From Candidatus Omnitrophota bacterium (GTDB lineage Bacteria > Omnitrophota > Gorgyraeia > DAOVKU01): a stretch of 61,346 bases of DNA. A program made the position numbers and the translations under genes. Of the stretch, positions 1 to 10,184 are shown in pieces. Within the stretch, counting starts at the first letter, position 1. Every line of letters begins with the position of its first letter. The stretch covers positions 1 to 61,346 of the forward strand of contig JBDRBQ010000067.1 of the NCBI GenBank assembly GCA_043822625.1, written 5' to 3'. Below the pieces are notes generated by a model that saw only the letters and a list, made by a program, of their open reading frames with translations, made no database searches and had not been told where the DNA came from.

Positions 1-13
1 GGAGGTAATTTCG

Positions 14-253
14 ATGGCGCATAAGAAGGGATTGGGTAGTAGTCGTAACGGAAGAGATTCAGCGTCTCAACGTCTTGGTATAAAGAAATTCGGCGGAGAA
101 GCTGTAAAAGCCGGCGGTATTCTTGTCAGACAGAGAGGCACGAAATTTAAGCCTGGCACTAATGTCGGCATAGGTAAAGATGATACCCTTTTTGCCAAAA
201 TTACGGGAAAAGTTTTTTTTACAAAGACCAGAACTATAAGTGTCCTTCCTTAA
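14..253 (+). CDS. rpmA: 50S ribosomal protein L27
   Basis: GGAGG at 1-5, ATG at 14. The translation [16 protein letters not shown]...RQRGTKF.PG.NVG is the classic L27 N-terminal signature. Confidence 0.95.
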   Translation: MAHKKGLGSSRNGRDSASQRLGIKKFGGEAVKAGGILVRQRGTKFKPGTNVGIGKDDTLFAKITGKVFFTKTRTISVLP

Positions 254-265
254 GGACAAATAATA

Positions 266-1234
266 ATGTTTATTGATAGCGCTAAAATTTTTATTAAAGC
301 CGGAGACGGTGCAAGGGGTTGCGAAAGCTGGTATCAAGATAAATTTACACGTTATCCTCTTCCCGACGGCGGGGATGGCGGAGCCGGTGGAGACATAATA
401 ATCAAAGCCAATCGGAATGTCTTTACCCTTTTAAACTTTAGATATAAGAAACATTTTAAAGCTAAAAACGGAAGAATGGGTTCCAGTAATAAGAAAAAAG
501 GAGCCGGCGGTGAAAATTGTGTGTTGGAAGTTCCATGCGGCACGCAAATTCTTGATTCTGAAAAAAATTTTTTTATCAGAGATTTGAAAGAACATAATGA
601 ACAAGTCATTGTAGCTTACGGCGGAGCTGGCGGCAGGGGCAATAGAGGCAACGTTAAACCTCAAGAAGGTAAACTGGGTGAAATAAAAACTCTTCTGCTG
701 GAATTGAAAGTTATAGCGGACGTCGGCATCATAGGTTTCCCAAACGCCGGAAAATCTTCCTTAGTTACAAAAATATCAACCGCGAAAACAAAAATCGCTT
801 CATATCCTTTCACAACAAAATCTCCTCATCTGGGTTTGGTTAATTTGAACGATGAAACCTTTATGGTAGCGGACATTCCCGGTTTAATTGAAGGCGCTCA
901 TAAAGGGAAAGGTTTAGGAGACCGATTCCTAAAACACGTTGAAAGAACTAAAATCATAGTTCATTTACTGGACATGGCCGATGAAACCGGCGTAGACCCT
1001 TTTAACGCTTACCAAATTCTAAATAATGAATTATCTTCATATAATCCCGATTTAGCAAAAAAAGAACATATTGTAGCGGCAAATAAAATGGATTTACCCG
1101 GAAGCGAAGAGAAACTGAAATTATTAAAGAAAAAAATTAAACAAAAAATTTTCCCTATTTCCTGCGAAGACGGCAGGGGAATAGATAAACTGCTTGAAGA
1201 AATAGCTAAAGTTTTATGGACAGAAAAAAGCTGA
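266..1234 (+). CDS. obg: GTPase Obg/CgtA
   Basis: Glycine-rich Obg fold (GDGG.GG), then G1 GFPNAGKSS, G3 DIPGLIEGA and G4 NKMD. Sits in the conserved rpmA-obg order. Confidence 0.93.
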   Translation: MFIDSAKIFIKAGDGARGCESWYQDKFTRYPLPDGGDGGAGGDIIIKANRNVFTLLNFRYKKHFKAKNGRMGSSNKKKGAGGENCVLEVPCGTQILDSEKNFFIRDLKEHNEQVIVAYGGAGGRGNRGNVKPQEGKLGEIKTLLLELKVIADVGIIGFPNAGKSSLVTKISTAKTKIASYPFTTKSPHLGLVNLNDETFMVADIPGLIEGAHKGKGLGDRFLKHVERTKIIVHLLDMADETGVDPFNAYQILNNELSSYNPDLAKKEHIVAANKMDLPGSEEKLKLLKKKIKQKIFPISCEDGRGIDKLLEEIAKVLWTEKS

Positions 1235-2349
1235 TTAAAAAAAATATAAAGAAAGTAGTTGTAAAAATCGGAACGGCGCTTCTGACAACCGATACCCTGC
1301 ATGTTAATAAAAAACAAATTGCAGAAATCTCCGCGCAAATAGCCGTGCTTCGCGAAAAAGGCTTTGACGTTATTTTGATAACTTCCGGCGCCATTGTAAG
1401 CGGCATGTCCAAGCTAAAACTAACCAAACGCCCAAGCGATTTACCTTTTTTACAATCATGCGCCGCTATTGGTCAAAGCCAGCTTATGAAAGTTTACGAC
1501 GAGCATTTCGCGAAACACAACATAGTAACAGCACAGATTTTATTAACCGCCGATGACCTTTCTCAGAGAAAAAGATATTTAAACGCCAGAAATACCATTT
1601 TAACTCTTTTGAAGCACGAAGTGGTGCCTATTATCAATGAAAACGACACTGTAAGCGTGGAAGAAATAAAATTCGGCGATAACGACAGGCTGGCTGCTTT
1701 AACCGCTAATTTAATAGAAGCAGACATGCTAATACTTTTATCCGATGTGGAAGGCTTTTGTAATATAGACAAAGAAAATAAAGTAGGTAATCGGTTAAAA
1801 ATCGTGGATAAAATAACGGCTCTGCACAAACAAATGGCTTGCGGTCCGGGACAGCATGGTACAGGCGGCATGGCAACTAAAGTAGAAGCCGCTAAAATTG
1901 CCGCCGATTCTGGTATTTATACTGTCATCGCGAACGGCAGAAAGACGGGTGTTCTTTTGGAAATTTTAGAAAAAAAAGACACCGGTACTTTATTCTTACC
2001 GGCGAATGATAAACTCGCGGCGCGCAAAAAATGGATAGCTTTTGGCATTAAACCCAAAGGAACAATAACCATAGACAACGGCGCTAAAGAGGCGCTTATT
2101 CATCAGGGAAAAAGTCTTTTGCCTGCCGGTATAAAAAATATTAGAGGAGATTTCAAATACGGGGATTCTATAATTTTAGCCGGAGAAAACGACAGAGAAT
2201 TTGCCCGTGGAATCATAAGTTATTCTTCGGATGAACTCGAAAAAATAAAGGGAAAGAAAACTTCCGAAATAGAAAAAATACTGGGCTATAAATATTATGA
2301 TGAAGTTGTGCACCGAAATAATTTAGTTTTATTGGACAGAGAGGAGTAA
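1216..2349 (+). CDS. proB: glutamate 5-kinase with C-terminal PUA domain
   Basis: VVKIGT..LT, ITSGAI..G, NENDTV...FGDNDRLAA and GTGGM.TK motifs. Followed directly by proA. Confidence 0.93.
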   Translation: MDRKKLIKKNIKKVVVKIGTALLTTDTLHVNKKQIAEISAQIAVLREKGFDVILITSGAIVSGMSKLKLTKRPSDLPFLQSCAAIGQSQLMKVYDEHFAKHNIVTAQILLTADDLSQRKRYLNARNTILTLLKHEVVPIINENDTVSVEEIKFGDNDRLAALTANLIEADMLILLSDVEGFCNIDKENKVGNRLKIVDKITALHKQMACGPGQHGTGGMATKVEAAKIAADSGIYTVIANGRKTGVLLEILEKKDTGTLFLPANDKLAARKKWIAFGIKPKGTITIDNGAKEALIHQGKSLLPAGIKNIRGDFKYGDSIILAGENDREFARGIISYSSDELEKIKGKKTSEIEKILGYKYYDEVVHRNNLVLLDREE

Positions 2350-2353
2350 AAAA

Positions 2354-3610
2354 ATGCCGCTTAGAAAAGATATTATCGATATCGCTAAAAGAGCCAAAGA
2401 AGCTTCTCATTTATTAAGATTAATTTCTTCCGGAGAAAAAAATAAAGCGCTGGCTTTAATGGCAGATGCTGTTTTAGATGACAAAAAGAAAATATTGGAA
2501 GCGAATAAAAAAGATATAAAAGCGGCTCAGGGTGCCGGTAAAAATAAAGCCTTTATAGACCGTCTTTTGTTGACTGAAGAAAGACTTAAAAGCATATCTA
2601 CAGCCATTAAAGAAGTTATTGATTTACCTGACCCCACCGAAGAAATCGCGTCTTCATGGATCAGGCCTAACGGCTTAAAAATCGAAAAGGTAAGAGTTCC
2701 TATAGGAGTAATAGGAATAATATATGAATCCAGACCGAATGTTACCGCCGATTGCGCGGTTCTTTGCCTTAAATCCGGCAACGCGGCGGTGTTGAGAGGA
2801 GGCAGTTTATCTTTCAATTCAAACATGGCTATTTTTAAAGTTATTTCCCGTTGTGTAAAAGAAGCAGGGTTGCCATCCGATTGTATTCAAATGATTTCTA
2901 CTACAGACCGCAAAGCGGTTGATTATTTACTGGCACAAAGTGATTATGTTAATTTAATTATTCCAAGAGGCGGTGAATCTCTGATAAAAGAAATATCCCG
3001 TAAATCACGTGTGCCGGTAATCAAACACGCCAAGGGATTGTGTCATATATATGTGGATGAAGACGCGGATCTTAATATGGCGGAAAATATCATTTTTAAC
3101 GCCAAAACGCAAAGACCGAGTGTGTGTAACGCCGTAGAAACGCTTTTGGTTCACAAAGATATAGCCGCCCGTTTTATCCCTCATTTTTGTAAAAAATTTA
3201 AAGAAGCGGGTGTGGAGATAAGAGGTTGTGAAATTACACGCAAACTGGCGGAAAACATTAAACCGGCCCAAGCTAAAGATTGGGACACCGAATACCTTGA
3301 TTTGATTTTGTCGGTAAAGGTGGTTGATTCTCTGAAAGAAGCGGCGGCACACATAAAAAAGTATTCATCCGGCCTTGCCGAAGCTATAATTACGGAAAGT
3401 TATACCAATGCCGCGAAGTTTTTGAAAGAAGTTGATTCAGCCTGTGTTTACGTGAACGCCTCAACGCGTTTTACCGACGGGAATCAATTCGGACTGGGAG
3501 CGGAAATAGGTATCAGCACTGATAAAATTCATGCACGGGGACCGGTGGGATTAAGGGAATTGACAATTCATAAATACGTTGTCTATGGCAGCGGACAGGT
3601 GAGAGAGTAA
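2354..3610 (+). CDS. proA: gamma-glutamyl phosphate reductase
   Basis: IYESRPNVT, catalytic-Cys region SVCNA.E.LLVH and NASTRFTDG motifs. proBA operon context. Confidence 0.93.
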   Translation: MPLRKDIIDIAKRAKEASHLLRLISSGEKNKALALMADAVLDDKKKILEANKKDIKAAQGAGKNKAFIDRLLLTEERLKSISTAIKEVIDLPDPTEEIASSWIRPNGLKIEKVRVPIGVIGIIYESRPNVTADCAVLCLKSGNAAVLRGGSLSFNSNMAIFKVISRCVKEAGLPSDCIQMISTTDRKAVDYLLAQSDYVNLIIPRGGESLIKEISRKSRVPVIKHAKGLCHIYVDEDADLNMAENIIFNAKTQRPSVCNAVETLLVHKDIAARFIPHFCKKFKEAGVEIRGCEITRKLAENIKPAQAKDWDTEYLDLILSVKVVDSLKEAAAHIKKYSSGLAEAIITESYTNAAKFLKEVDSACVYVNASTRFTDGNQFGLGAEIGISTDKIHARGPVGLRELTIHKYVVYGSGQVRE

Positions 3611-3612
3611 AT

Positions 3613-4188
3613 ATGAAAATCGGTATACTCGGCGGTACTTTTAATCCGCCTCATACAGGACATTTGATTTTAGCCGAAGGCGTAAAAGAAAAATTAAAAC
3701 TGGAAAAAATAATATTCGTTCCCGCCAATATTCCGCCTTTGAAAGAAGAAAAGGAATTGATAGACGCTAAAATCAGGCTGAAAATGATTAATTTATCCAT
3801 TAAAGGCAATAAACATTTCGCGTCTTCAAAAATAGAAATAGAAAGAAAAGGGGTGTCTTATACCTTTGAAACTATAAAGAAAATAAAAGAAACTTTCGGC
3901 GTAAATTCGCGATTGTTTTTTATAGCCGGTTCCGACGTATTGGAAAACATCAATTTATGGAAAAACAAGGAAGAGCTTTTTAAACTATCAACTTTTATCG
4001 CGGTTACCAGGAAAGGTTTTAAAATGCCTTCATCACTGCCGCAAAACATAGAAACGCTGGAAATGAACACCATTGAAATTTCTTCCAGCCAAATAAGAGA
4101 AAAAATAAAAAACGGTGAAAGCATCCGGTATCTGGTTTGCGAACCGGTCAGGCTTATTATAGAACGCAAAAAACTATATTTAACATAA
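3613..4188 (+). CDS. nadD: nicotinate-nucleotide adenylyltransferase
   Basis: N-terminal GILGGTFNPPHTGH (the (H/T)xGH nucleotidyltransferase motif) and C-terminal ISSS.IR motif. Confidence 0.88.
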   Translation: MKIGILGGTFNPPHTGHLILAEGVKEKLKLEKIIFVPANIPPLKEEKELIDAKIRLKMINLSIKGNKHFASSKIEIERKGVSYTFETIKKIKETFGVNSRLFFIAGSDVLENINLWKNKEELFKLSTFIAVTRKGFKMPSSLPQNIETLEMNTIEISSSQIREKIKNGESIRYLVCEPVRLIIERKKLYLT

Positions 4189-4194
4189 AGAATA

Positions 4195-5208
4195 ATGGCT
4201 ATGGAAAAATTTCATATTTTCGTTATACCTTTTATAATTATTATTTTGTTTTTGATATTTTTATCAGCCTTTCTTTCGGGAAGCGAAACTGCCTTCATCG
4301 GTTTGAACCGTATCAGACTGCGCAATCTTATTTCAAAGGGAAACGATAAAGCAAAAATTGTCGGCGGGCTGATGCAAAATATGGATAAACTCATCACAAC
4401 CATTCTTATAAGTAATAATTTCGTTAATGTAAGCATATCTTCCATTGTTACCGCGATTTTTATTTTTTATTTCGGCCCGCGGTTTGGAGTTGTACTGGCA
4501 ACCGTTATTACCACCGTTGTTATTCTTATTTTTGGCGAAATCACCCCTAAAATTTTTGCTTCATCGCGTTCTGAAAAAGTTTCCTTGGCAGTGGGCGGAA
4601 TATTGAAGGAAATGGTAAAATTCATGTCCCCCCTATCAAATTTATTTTCTACAGTAAGTAAAAAAATTATAACTTTATTCGGCGGACAACCGACAAAAAG
4701 AAGCCCTCTGATAACCGAAGAAGAGATAAAACTAATGATTGAAATCGGCCGCGAGGAAGGCATTTTACTTGAAAAAGAAAAAGAAATGCTTCATCGTATC
4801 TTTAAATTCGGTGATACAAAAGTCTTTGAAGTCATGATACCAAAAGAAAAAATAAGCGGTATCGATGTAAATTCCAGCATGGATGATTTGCTTAAATTAA
4901 CTATTAAAGAAAATTATTCAAGAATGCCGGTTTATGATAAAATTTTGGATAATATCGTCGGTGTTGTTTATGTTAAAGATTTAATTCGCGTTCAGAAAGA
5001 AGGGAAGGTTTTAGAAATCAAAGAATTACTGCACCCTGCTTTTATCTGCGATCCCGAAAAAAGAGTTATTGATTTACTGAGAGATTTTCAGCGAAAACAC
5101 ATTCACATGTCTATCGTCATCAGGGAAGGACAAACAAAAGGCATTGTTACACTTGAAGATTTACTTGAAGAAATCGTGGGAGAGATAGAAGATGAATACG
5201 AAGATTAA
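4195..5208 (+). CDS. DUF21 (CNNM) plus CBS-pair membrane transporter, HlyC/CorC-like, lacking the CorC C-terminal domain
   Basis: Four N-terminal hydrophobic helices with the LSGSETAF motif, then a CBS pair (VMIPKEKI...VYDK..DNIVGVVYVKDL). Confidence 0.8.
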   Translation: MAMEKFHIFVIPFIIIILFLIFLSAFLSGSETAFIGLNRIRLRNLISKGNDKAKIVGGLMQNMDKLITTILISNNFVNVSISSIVTAIFIFYFGPRFGVVLATVITTVVILIFGEITPKIFASSRSEKVSLAVGGILKEMVKFMSPLSNLFSTVSKKIITLFGGQPTKRSPLITEEEIKLMIEIGREEGILLEKEKEMLHRIFKFGDTKVFEVMIPKEKISGIDVNSSMDDLLKLTIKENYSRMPVYDKILDNIVGVVYVKDLIRVQKEGKVLEIKELLHPAFICDPEKRVIDLLRDFQRKHIHMSIVIREGQTKGIVTLEDLLEEIVGEIEDEYED

Positions 5209-6397
5209 AATAGAAGAAAGTTTATCAAATACAGTGGTTAAATTAAATAAAAAAATTTTATTTTTATACGCTTCTTCAGGTTCTGGACATCAGAAAGCCG
5301 CGCAGGCAATAAAAGAAGCTCTGCTCGCTCAAATTCAGGACATCGAAATGATGGACATCGAAGCCTTGAAATTTTCTCATCCGAATTTAAGTAAAGCAGT
5401 TCATCATGTCTATATGATTTTAGTTACCGGTTTGAGCGGTTTTTATGACTTTTTATGGGATAACATTGCTATCGAAAAAAGAATCGCGTGGCTCAGAAAG
5501 ATAATTAACGAAAAAAGCCTGGATAAATTCGAAGAGCTTTTTAATTCTTTTCCAGCCCAAATAGCGGTTTGCACCCAGGCTTTACCATGTGGATTTCTTT
5601 CAACTTTGAAGGCAAAAAGAGGTTTTGATTTTAAATTGATAGCTGTAATCACTGATTACGACGTTCACGCGTATTGGCTTTATAAAAACGTGGATATCTA
5701 TTGCGTGCCTACCATTTTGGCAAAAGATAAACTTATTAGTAGAGGCATTCCCGCCGAAAAAATAAAAATAACCGGCATTCCTGTAAGACTGCAATTCGGA
5801 CTACTAAAAGAAAACATAGAAATCGCGAAACAACAAATAGGTATCAATCACGCGTTGAAGTCTGTATTGATTATGGGGGGCAGTTACGGAATCGGTCCTG
5901 TTAATCAAATAATAGAAAATCTCGATAAAACTAAAGAAGATTTTACCATGCTTGTAGTTACAGGCAATAATAAAAAACTTTATCAAAGTTTGCAGAAAGA
6001 AATCAAAAAAGTCAAAAAGGACGTTAAGTTATTTGGTTACACCGAAGATTTGGCGAAATTAATGCAGGCCTCAGATGTTTTAATTACCAAACCCGGCGGG
6101 ATTACAGTCAGCGAAGCGCTCTGCTTTGGAACACCGATGATAATTACCAGAGGGATTAGAGGACAGGAGTCGGCTAACTTCAATTATCTGACAAAAGAAG
6201 GAGCGGCTATAGGCGTAAATAATCCTGCTGATATCGCTAAGGAATTTATCAACTTAGTGCGCAATCAGGCGCGGCTCGAAGCTATGCGAAAAAATGCCCT
6301 TAGAATTTCACACCCCGGCGCGGCCATGAAAGTAAGCCAACTGATAAAAAGCTTTTTGAAATACAGCCCCGCGGATAAAACTGTGACACCGCCATAA
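5192..6397 (+). CDS. GT28-type glycolipid (MGDG/diglucosyl-DAG) synthase-like glycosyltransferase
   Basis: N-terminal SSGSGHQKAAQAI and C-terminal ITKPGG.T.SEAL motifs, typical of MGDG-synthase/UgtP-like enzymes. Confidence 0.72.
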   Translation: MNTKIKIEESLSNTVVKLNKKILFLYASSGSGHQKAAQAIKEALLAQIQDIEMMDIEALKFSHPNLSKAVHHVYMILVTGLSGFYDFLWDNIAIEKRIAWLRKIINEKSLDKFEELFNSFPAQIAVCTQALPCGFLSTLKAKRGFDFKLIAVITDYDVHAYWLYKNVDIYCVPTILAKDKLISRGIPAEKIKITGIPVRLQFGLLKENIEIAKQQIGINHALKSVLIMGGSYGIGPVNQIIENLDKTKEDFTMLVVTGNNKKLYQSLQKEIKKVKKDVKLFGYTEDLAKLMQASDVLITKPGGITVSEALCFGTPMIITRGIRGQESANFNYLTKEGAAIGVNNPADIAKEFINLVRNQARLEAMRKNALRISHPGAAMKVSQLIKSFLKYSPADKTVTPP

Positions 6398-6466
6398 CCC
6401 AGTTGAGATTGACATTCAATAGGCTCTATGGTAGAATTTAAGCCATAACAAAAAGGAGGTATTTTA

Positions 6467-6610
6467 ATGAAAGGTTATTGCGTGAAGTGCAAAGACAAGA
6501 AGGAAATGAAAGATACTCAGGAAGTGACTATGAAAAACGGAAGAAATGCCATGAAAGGAAAATGTCCGGACTGCGGCACATCGATGTTTTGTATTTTAGG
6601 TAAAAAATAA
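6467..6610 (+). CDS. 47-aa zinc-ribbon protein (DUF5679-like)
   Basis: AAGGAGG at 6452-6458, ATG at 6467. Translation MKGYCVKCKDKKEMKDTQEVTMKNGRNAMKGKCPDCGTSMFCILGKK has a CxxC...CxxC pair. It is below the ORF-track length cut-off. Confidence 0.6.
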   Translation: MKGYCVKCKDKKEMKDTQEVTMKNGRNAMKGKCPDCGTSMFCILGKK

Positions 6611-6656
6611 ATCTTTTTACATCGTTGAAGTATAAAATTTTTGGAGGACCTTTAAA

Positions 6657-6998
6657 ATTAGAGCTAATCAAAAAGCCTTACTCATTGCCGAGGCTTCTTT
6701 AGAAAAAAAAGGCGAAGATATTTTAATATTGGATATGCGTAAAGTATCCAGTATTGGCGATTTTTTTGTTATTTGCAGTGTGCCTTCCGACAGACGTGCA
6801 AAAGCGATAACAGATAATATCACAGAAAAGTTGGAAGAAAAAAATGTACCGGTTTTGAGAACGGACGGTTATAAACATGGTTTGTGGACCGTTGTCGATT
6901 GTGGAGACGTCATAGCGCATGTTTTCAGAAAAGACCTAAGAGATTTTTATAAATTGGAAAAATTGTGGGCTGACGTTCCGCAAAAGCGTATTGAATAA
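6657..6998 (+). CDS. rsfS: ribosomal silencing factor RsfS
   Basis: DYFVICSG-like core (GDFFVICSV) and W.L.D.GD..VH.F motif. The listed ORF starts at TTG 6729, but RsfS-like sequence (ALLIAEASLEKKGEDILILDMRK) continues upstream in frame to the stop at 6633. The start is uncertain; ATT 6657 lies after GGAGGA 6643-6648. Confidence 0.8.
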   Translation: MRANQKALLIAEASLEKKGEDILILDMRKVSSIGDFFVICSVPSDRRAKAITDNITEKLEEKNVPVLRTDGYKHGLWTVVDCGDVIAHVFRKDLRDFYKLEKLWADVPQKRIE

Positions 6999-7001
6999 AA
7001 T

Positions 7002-7078
7002 CTACCTGCCGTTTTCATTTTTAACAACTAAACAACTAGTTTTACGTTAAAATAAAAACGGTAGGTAGTATTTTTTTA
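7002..7078 (+). terminator. long hairpin plus T-tract after rsfS
   Basis: CTACCTGCCGTTTT (7002-7015) pairs with AAAACGGTAGGTAG (7055-7068) with one G-U. TATTTTTTTA follows. The large loop makes this atypical. Confidence 0.45.
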
Positions 7079-7325
7079 TCCACTTTCACAGAATACCACG
7101 GGTTTGTCCGTGGATGAATAATAATATTGTTGCGGCGGATGTTCGCGAGGAAAATCTATATGGGGCGGATCGCTTTGTGGTGAATAAATTTAGAACGGAC
7201 CACAGGTTTATCCGTAGAACTCCATGTCGATTTTTCCCTACCTGAAAAAGTTTTTAATAAAATAGTCAGGCTTGCAAAAAAACAGTTTTTTATAAAAGTC
7301 TTTAAAAAAATAGGATCGACATAAA

Positions 7326-8987
7326 GTGGACGAAAAAATATTAGAGCTCATCAAAAAAGCGGTTAAGAAAAATAAAGAACGGTTTGATTTAAAAGAAATC
7401 CCGCTTATCGAAATCGAAATTCCTCCGGATTCCAAACTCGGAGATATTTCAACTAATATCGCTCTAAAAATCGCCCGTCAGACCCGTAAAAATTTAGGCG
7501 AAATAGCTCAAACTCTTATCAATGATTTTAATGCCGGACTTCGCGATTTCGCGCTTAATCAGGATATCGAAAAGATAGAATTAAAAAACGGTTTTATAAA
7601 CTTTTTCCTAAGCAGAAGCGCTTATTACAAGATTTTGCTTAATATAAAAAAAGAGGGCAACCGCTATGGACGCAGTAATACAGGGCGAAGGAAAAAAGTT
7701 TTATTGGAATTTGTGAGCGCCAATCCCACCGGCCCCTTAAGCGTAGCGCACGGCAGGCAGGCGGCTTTAGGCGAAGGGATAGCCGGCATATTAAAGTTTT
7801 TGAATTTTTCGGTACAGAAAGAATATTACGTCAACGATGAAGGCCGGCAAATAGAACTTTTGGGAGAATCCGTGAAAGCACGCTGTATGGAATTAAGCCA
7901 AGAAAGCGGCTTTGAATTTCCGGCGGACGGGTATAAAGGACAATATGTTTATTCTATTGCCGAAGAAATGCTCGGTAAATACAAAAAAGATTTTTTGAAA
8001 GGAAAAGACAAAACTTTCTTTTCCCAATATGCCATTAATTTCATCCTTGCTCTGATTGAATCCGACCTTGAATTGTTCGGTGTGCGTTTCGATAACTGGT
8101 TTCATCAATCAACTCTTTCAAAGCATGCAAAAGAAGAAAAGGTTTTGGCTTATCTTAAAAAACAAGGGCATATTTATGAAAAAGAAGGGGCTGTTTGGTT
8201 TAAATCATCAACTTTCGGAGACGATAAAGACCGTGTATTGATTAAAAACGATGGTTCTTTTACCTATCTTACCCCCGACATCGCGTATCACAAAGAAAAG
8301 AAACAACGAAAATTTGAATGGATGATAAATATATGGGGACCGGATCATCACGGTTATATTCCCCGGCTTAAAGCCGCTTGCTCGGCTTTGGGCGTAAAAG
8401 ACGGTGTCTTACAGGTTATCATAGCGCAGTTATGCACTCTTTTATCAGAGGGAAAACCCCTAAAAATGTCTACCAGAGAAGGAGAATTTGTAACTTTACG
8501 GCAGGTTATCGAAGATGTAGGTAAAGACGCGGCTAAATTTTTCTTTTTAATGAGACGGGCCAGTTCACATCTTGATTTCGATCTCGAATTGGCCAAAAAA
8601 AAGAGCCTCGAAAATCCTATTTATTACATTCAATACGCGCACGCCAGAATATGCAGTATCATGGAATTCAAGCAGGAAAAAAAGATTAAACTCAACAAAC
8701 TTGATTTAAATTATTTAAACGAACATGAGGAATTAGAACTTGTCAGAACGTTGAGATTGTTTCCTTCGACATTAATCAATATATCACGCTCTTTAGAGCC
8801 TTACACTTTAACCCTTTACCTGAGAAATTTAGCCGGTCTTTTTCACACCTTTTATCAAAAACACAGGGTAGTCATAAGCGACGACCTTGAATTGACCGCC
8901 GCCAGAATTCTGCTCATAGACTGTACGCGTATAGTAATCGCCAACGGTCTGTCGCTTTTAGGAATAAGCGCTCCCCGCAAAATGTAA
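7326..8987 (+). CDS. argS: arginyl-tRNA synthetase
   Basis: GTG start. SANPTGPL.V.HGR (HIGH-class motif), the DHH region and the C-terminal anticodon-binding DALR-type domain ending in M. Confidence 0.95.
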   Translation: MDEKILELIKKAVKKNKERFDLKEIPLIEIEIPPDSKLGDISTNIALKIARQTRKNLGEIAQTLINDFNAGLRDFALNQDIEKIELKNGFINFFLSRSAYYKILLNIKKEGNRYGRSNTGRRKKVLLEFVSANPTGPLSVAHGRQAALGEGIAGILKFLNFSVQKEYYVNDEGRQIELLGESVKARCMELSQESGFEFPADGYKGQYVYSIAEEMLGKYKKDFLKGKDKTFFSQYAINFILALIESDLELFGVRFDNWFHQSTLSKHAKEEKVLAYLKKQGHIYEKEGAVWFKSSTFGDDKDRVLIKNDGSFTYLTPDIAYHKEKKQRKFEWMINIWGPDHHGYIPRLKAACSALGVKDGVLQVIIAQLCTLLSEGKPLKMSTREGEFVTLRQVIEDVGKDAAKFFFLMRRASSHLDFDLELAKKKSLENPIYYIQYAHARICSIMEFKQEKKIKLNKLDLNYLNEHEELELVRTLRLFPSTLINISRSLEPYTLTLYLRNLAGLFHTFYQKHRVVISDDLELTAARILLIDCTRIVIANGLSLLGISAPRKM

Positions 8988-9045
8988 TTTTACCTTTTAA
9001 CCAAAAACCCGTTTCGATAACGACAATATCCGCTGGTTTTTATAC

Positions 9046-9074
9046 TTTACAAAATAATGCCAAAACTATATAAT
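9046..9074 (+). promoter_or_regulatory. sigma70-like promoter upstream of recA
   Basis: TTTACA (9046-9051), 17 bp, TATAAT (9069-9074), about 58 nt upstream of the recA ATG. Confidence 0.4.
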
Positions 9075-9131
9075 AAAAACAATATTTATACACTTAAATT
9101 TATATATAATATATAAAAAAGGAGACTACTA

Positions 9132-10184
9132 ATGCTTAAAGAAAAGGTTAAGGAAAAAGAGGTTTTTCAGAAAGACAATCCCCTCTCGGAACGTAAAAAA
9201 GCCCTTGAATTAGCTTTATTGCAGATAGAAAAGCAATTCGGTAAAGGGTCTATAATGAAACTCGGACAGCATACAAAAATTCAGGTTGAGGTAATACCTT
9301 CGGGTTCGCTTTCTCTCGATTTCGCGCTTGGAGTAGGCGGTATACCCCGTGGCAGAGTAATTGAAATTTTCGGTCCGGAATCTTCCGGCAAAACTACTTT
9401 AACGCTGAGTCTAATCAGAGAAGCTCAATTAAAAGGCGGCGTAGCCGCTTTCATTGACGCGGAACACGCCTTCGATGCCTCTTACGCGAAGAAAATCGGC
9501 GTTAATCTTGATGATCTTCTGATGTCCCAGCCGGATACAGGAGAACAGGCCTTGGAAATCACGGATACGCTTGTCAGAAGCAATGCCGTGGACATTATCA
9601 TAATTGACTCCGTAGCAGCTTTAACTCCACGGGCCGAAATCGAAGGAGAAATGGGACAATCACAAATCGGGCTTCAGGCAAGACTTATGTCACAGGCTCT
9701 GAGAAAATTAACCGCTATAATCAGCAAATCAAAGACCAGTGTAGTCTTTATAAATCAGCTAAGAGAAAAAATAGGCGTTATGTTTGGTTCACCTGAAACT
9801 ACCCCTGGGGGAAGAGCGCTTAAGTTTTATTGTTCCATCAGAATAGATTTGAGACGCATAGGATCTATAAAACAGGGAGAAAATATCATCGGAAACCTGG
9901 TGCGCGCCAAAGTCGTTAAAAATAAAGTCGCGCCGCCTTTTAAGCAGGCTGAATTTGATATTATGTATGATGAAGGCATTTCCCGTTCCGGATGTATACT
10001 TGATATGGCTGTTGACAAAGAAATAGTTAAAAAATCGGGCTCATGGTACCTGTTGGATGAACAAAAACTTGGACAAGGCAGGGAAACCGCGAAACAATTT
10101 CTAAGAGAAAATAGAAAAATTTTAGAAGAGCTTGAAATAAAACTAAGAGCTCTTGAAAACGCGCCCAAAGAAGAAAAAAAATAA
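9132..10184 (+). CDS. recA: recombinase RecA
   Basis: GPESSGKTT Walker [10 protein letters not shown], and L1/L2 loop sequences ([38 protein letters not shown]). Confidence 0.97.
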   Translation: MLKEKVKEKEVFQKDNPLSERKKALELALLQIEKQFGKGSIMKLGQHTKIQVEVIPSGSLSLDFALGVGGIPRGRVIEIFGPESSGKTTLTLSLIREAQLKGGVAAFIDAEHAFDASYAKKIGVNLDDLLMSQPDTGEQALEITDTLVRSNAVDIIIIDSVAALTPRAEIEGEMGQSQIGLQARLMSQALRKLTAIISKSKTSVVFINQLREKIGVMFGSPETTPGGRALKFYCSIRIDLRRIGSIKQGENIIGNLVRAKVVKNKVAPPFKQAEFDIMYDEGISRSGCILDMAVDKEIVKKSGSWYLLDEQKLGQGRETAKQFLRENRKILEELEIKLRALENAPKEEKK

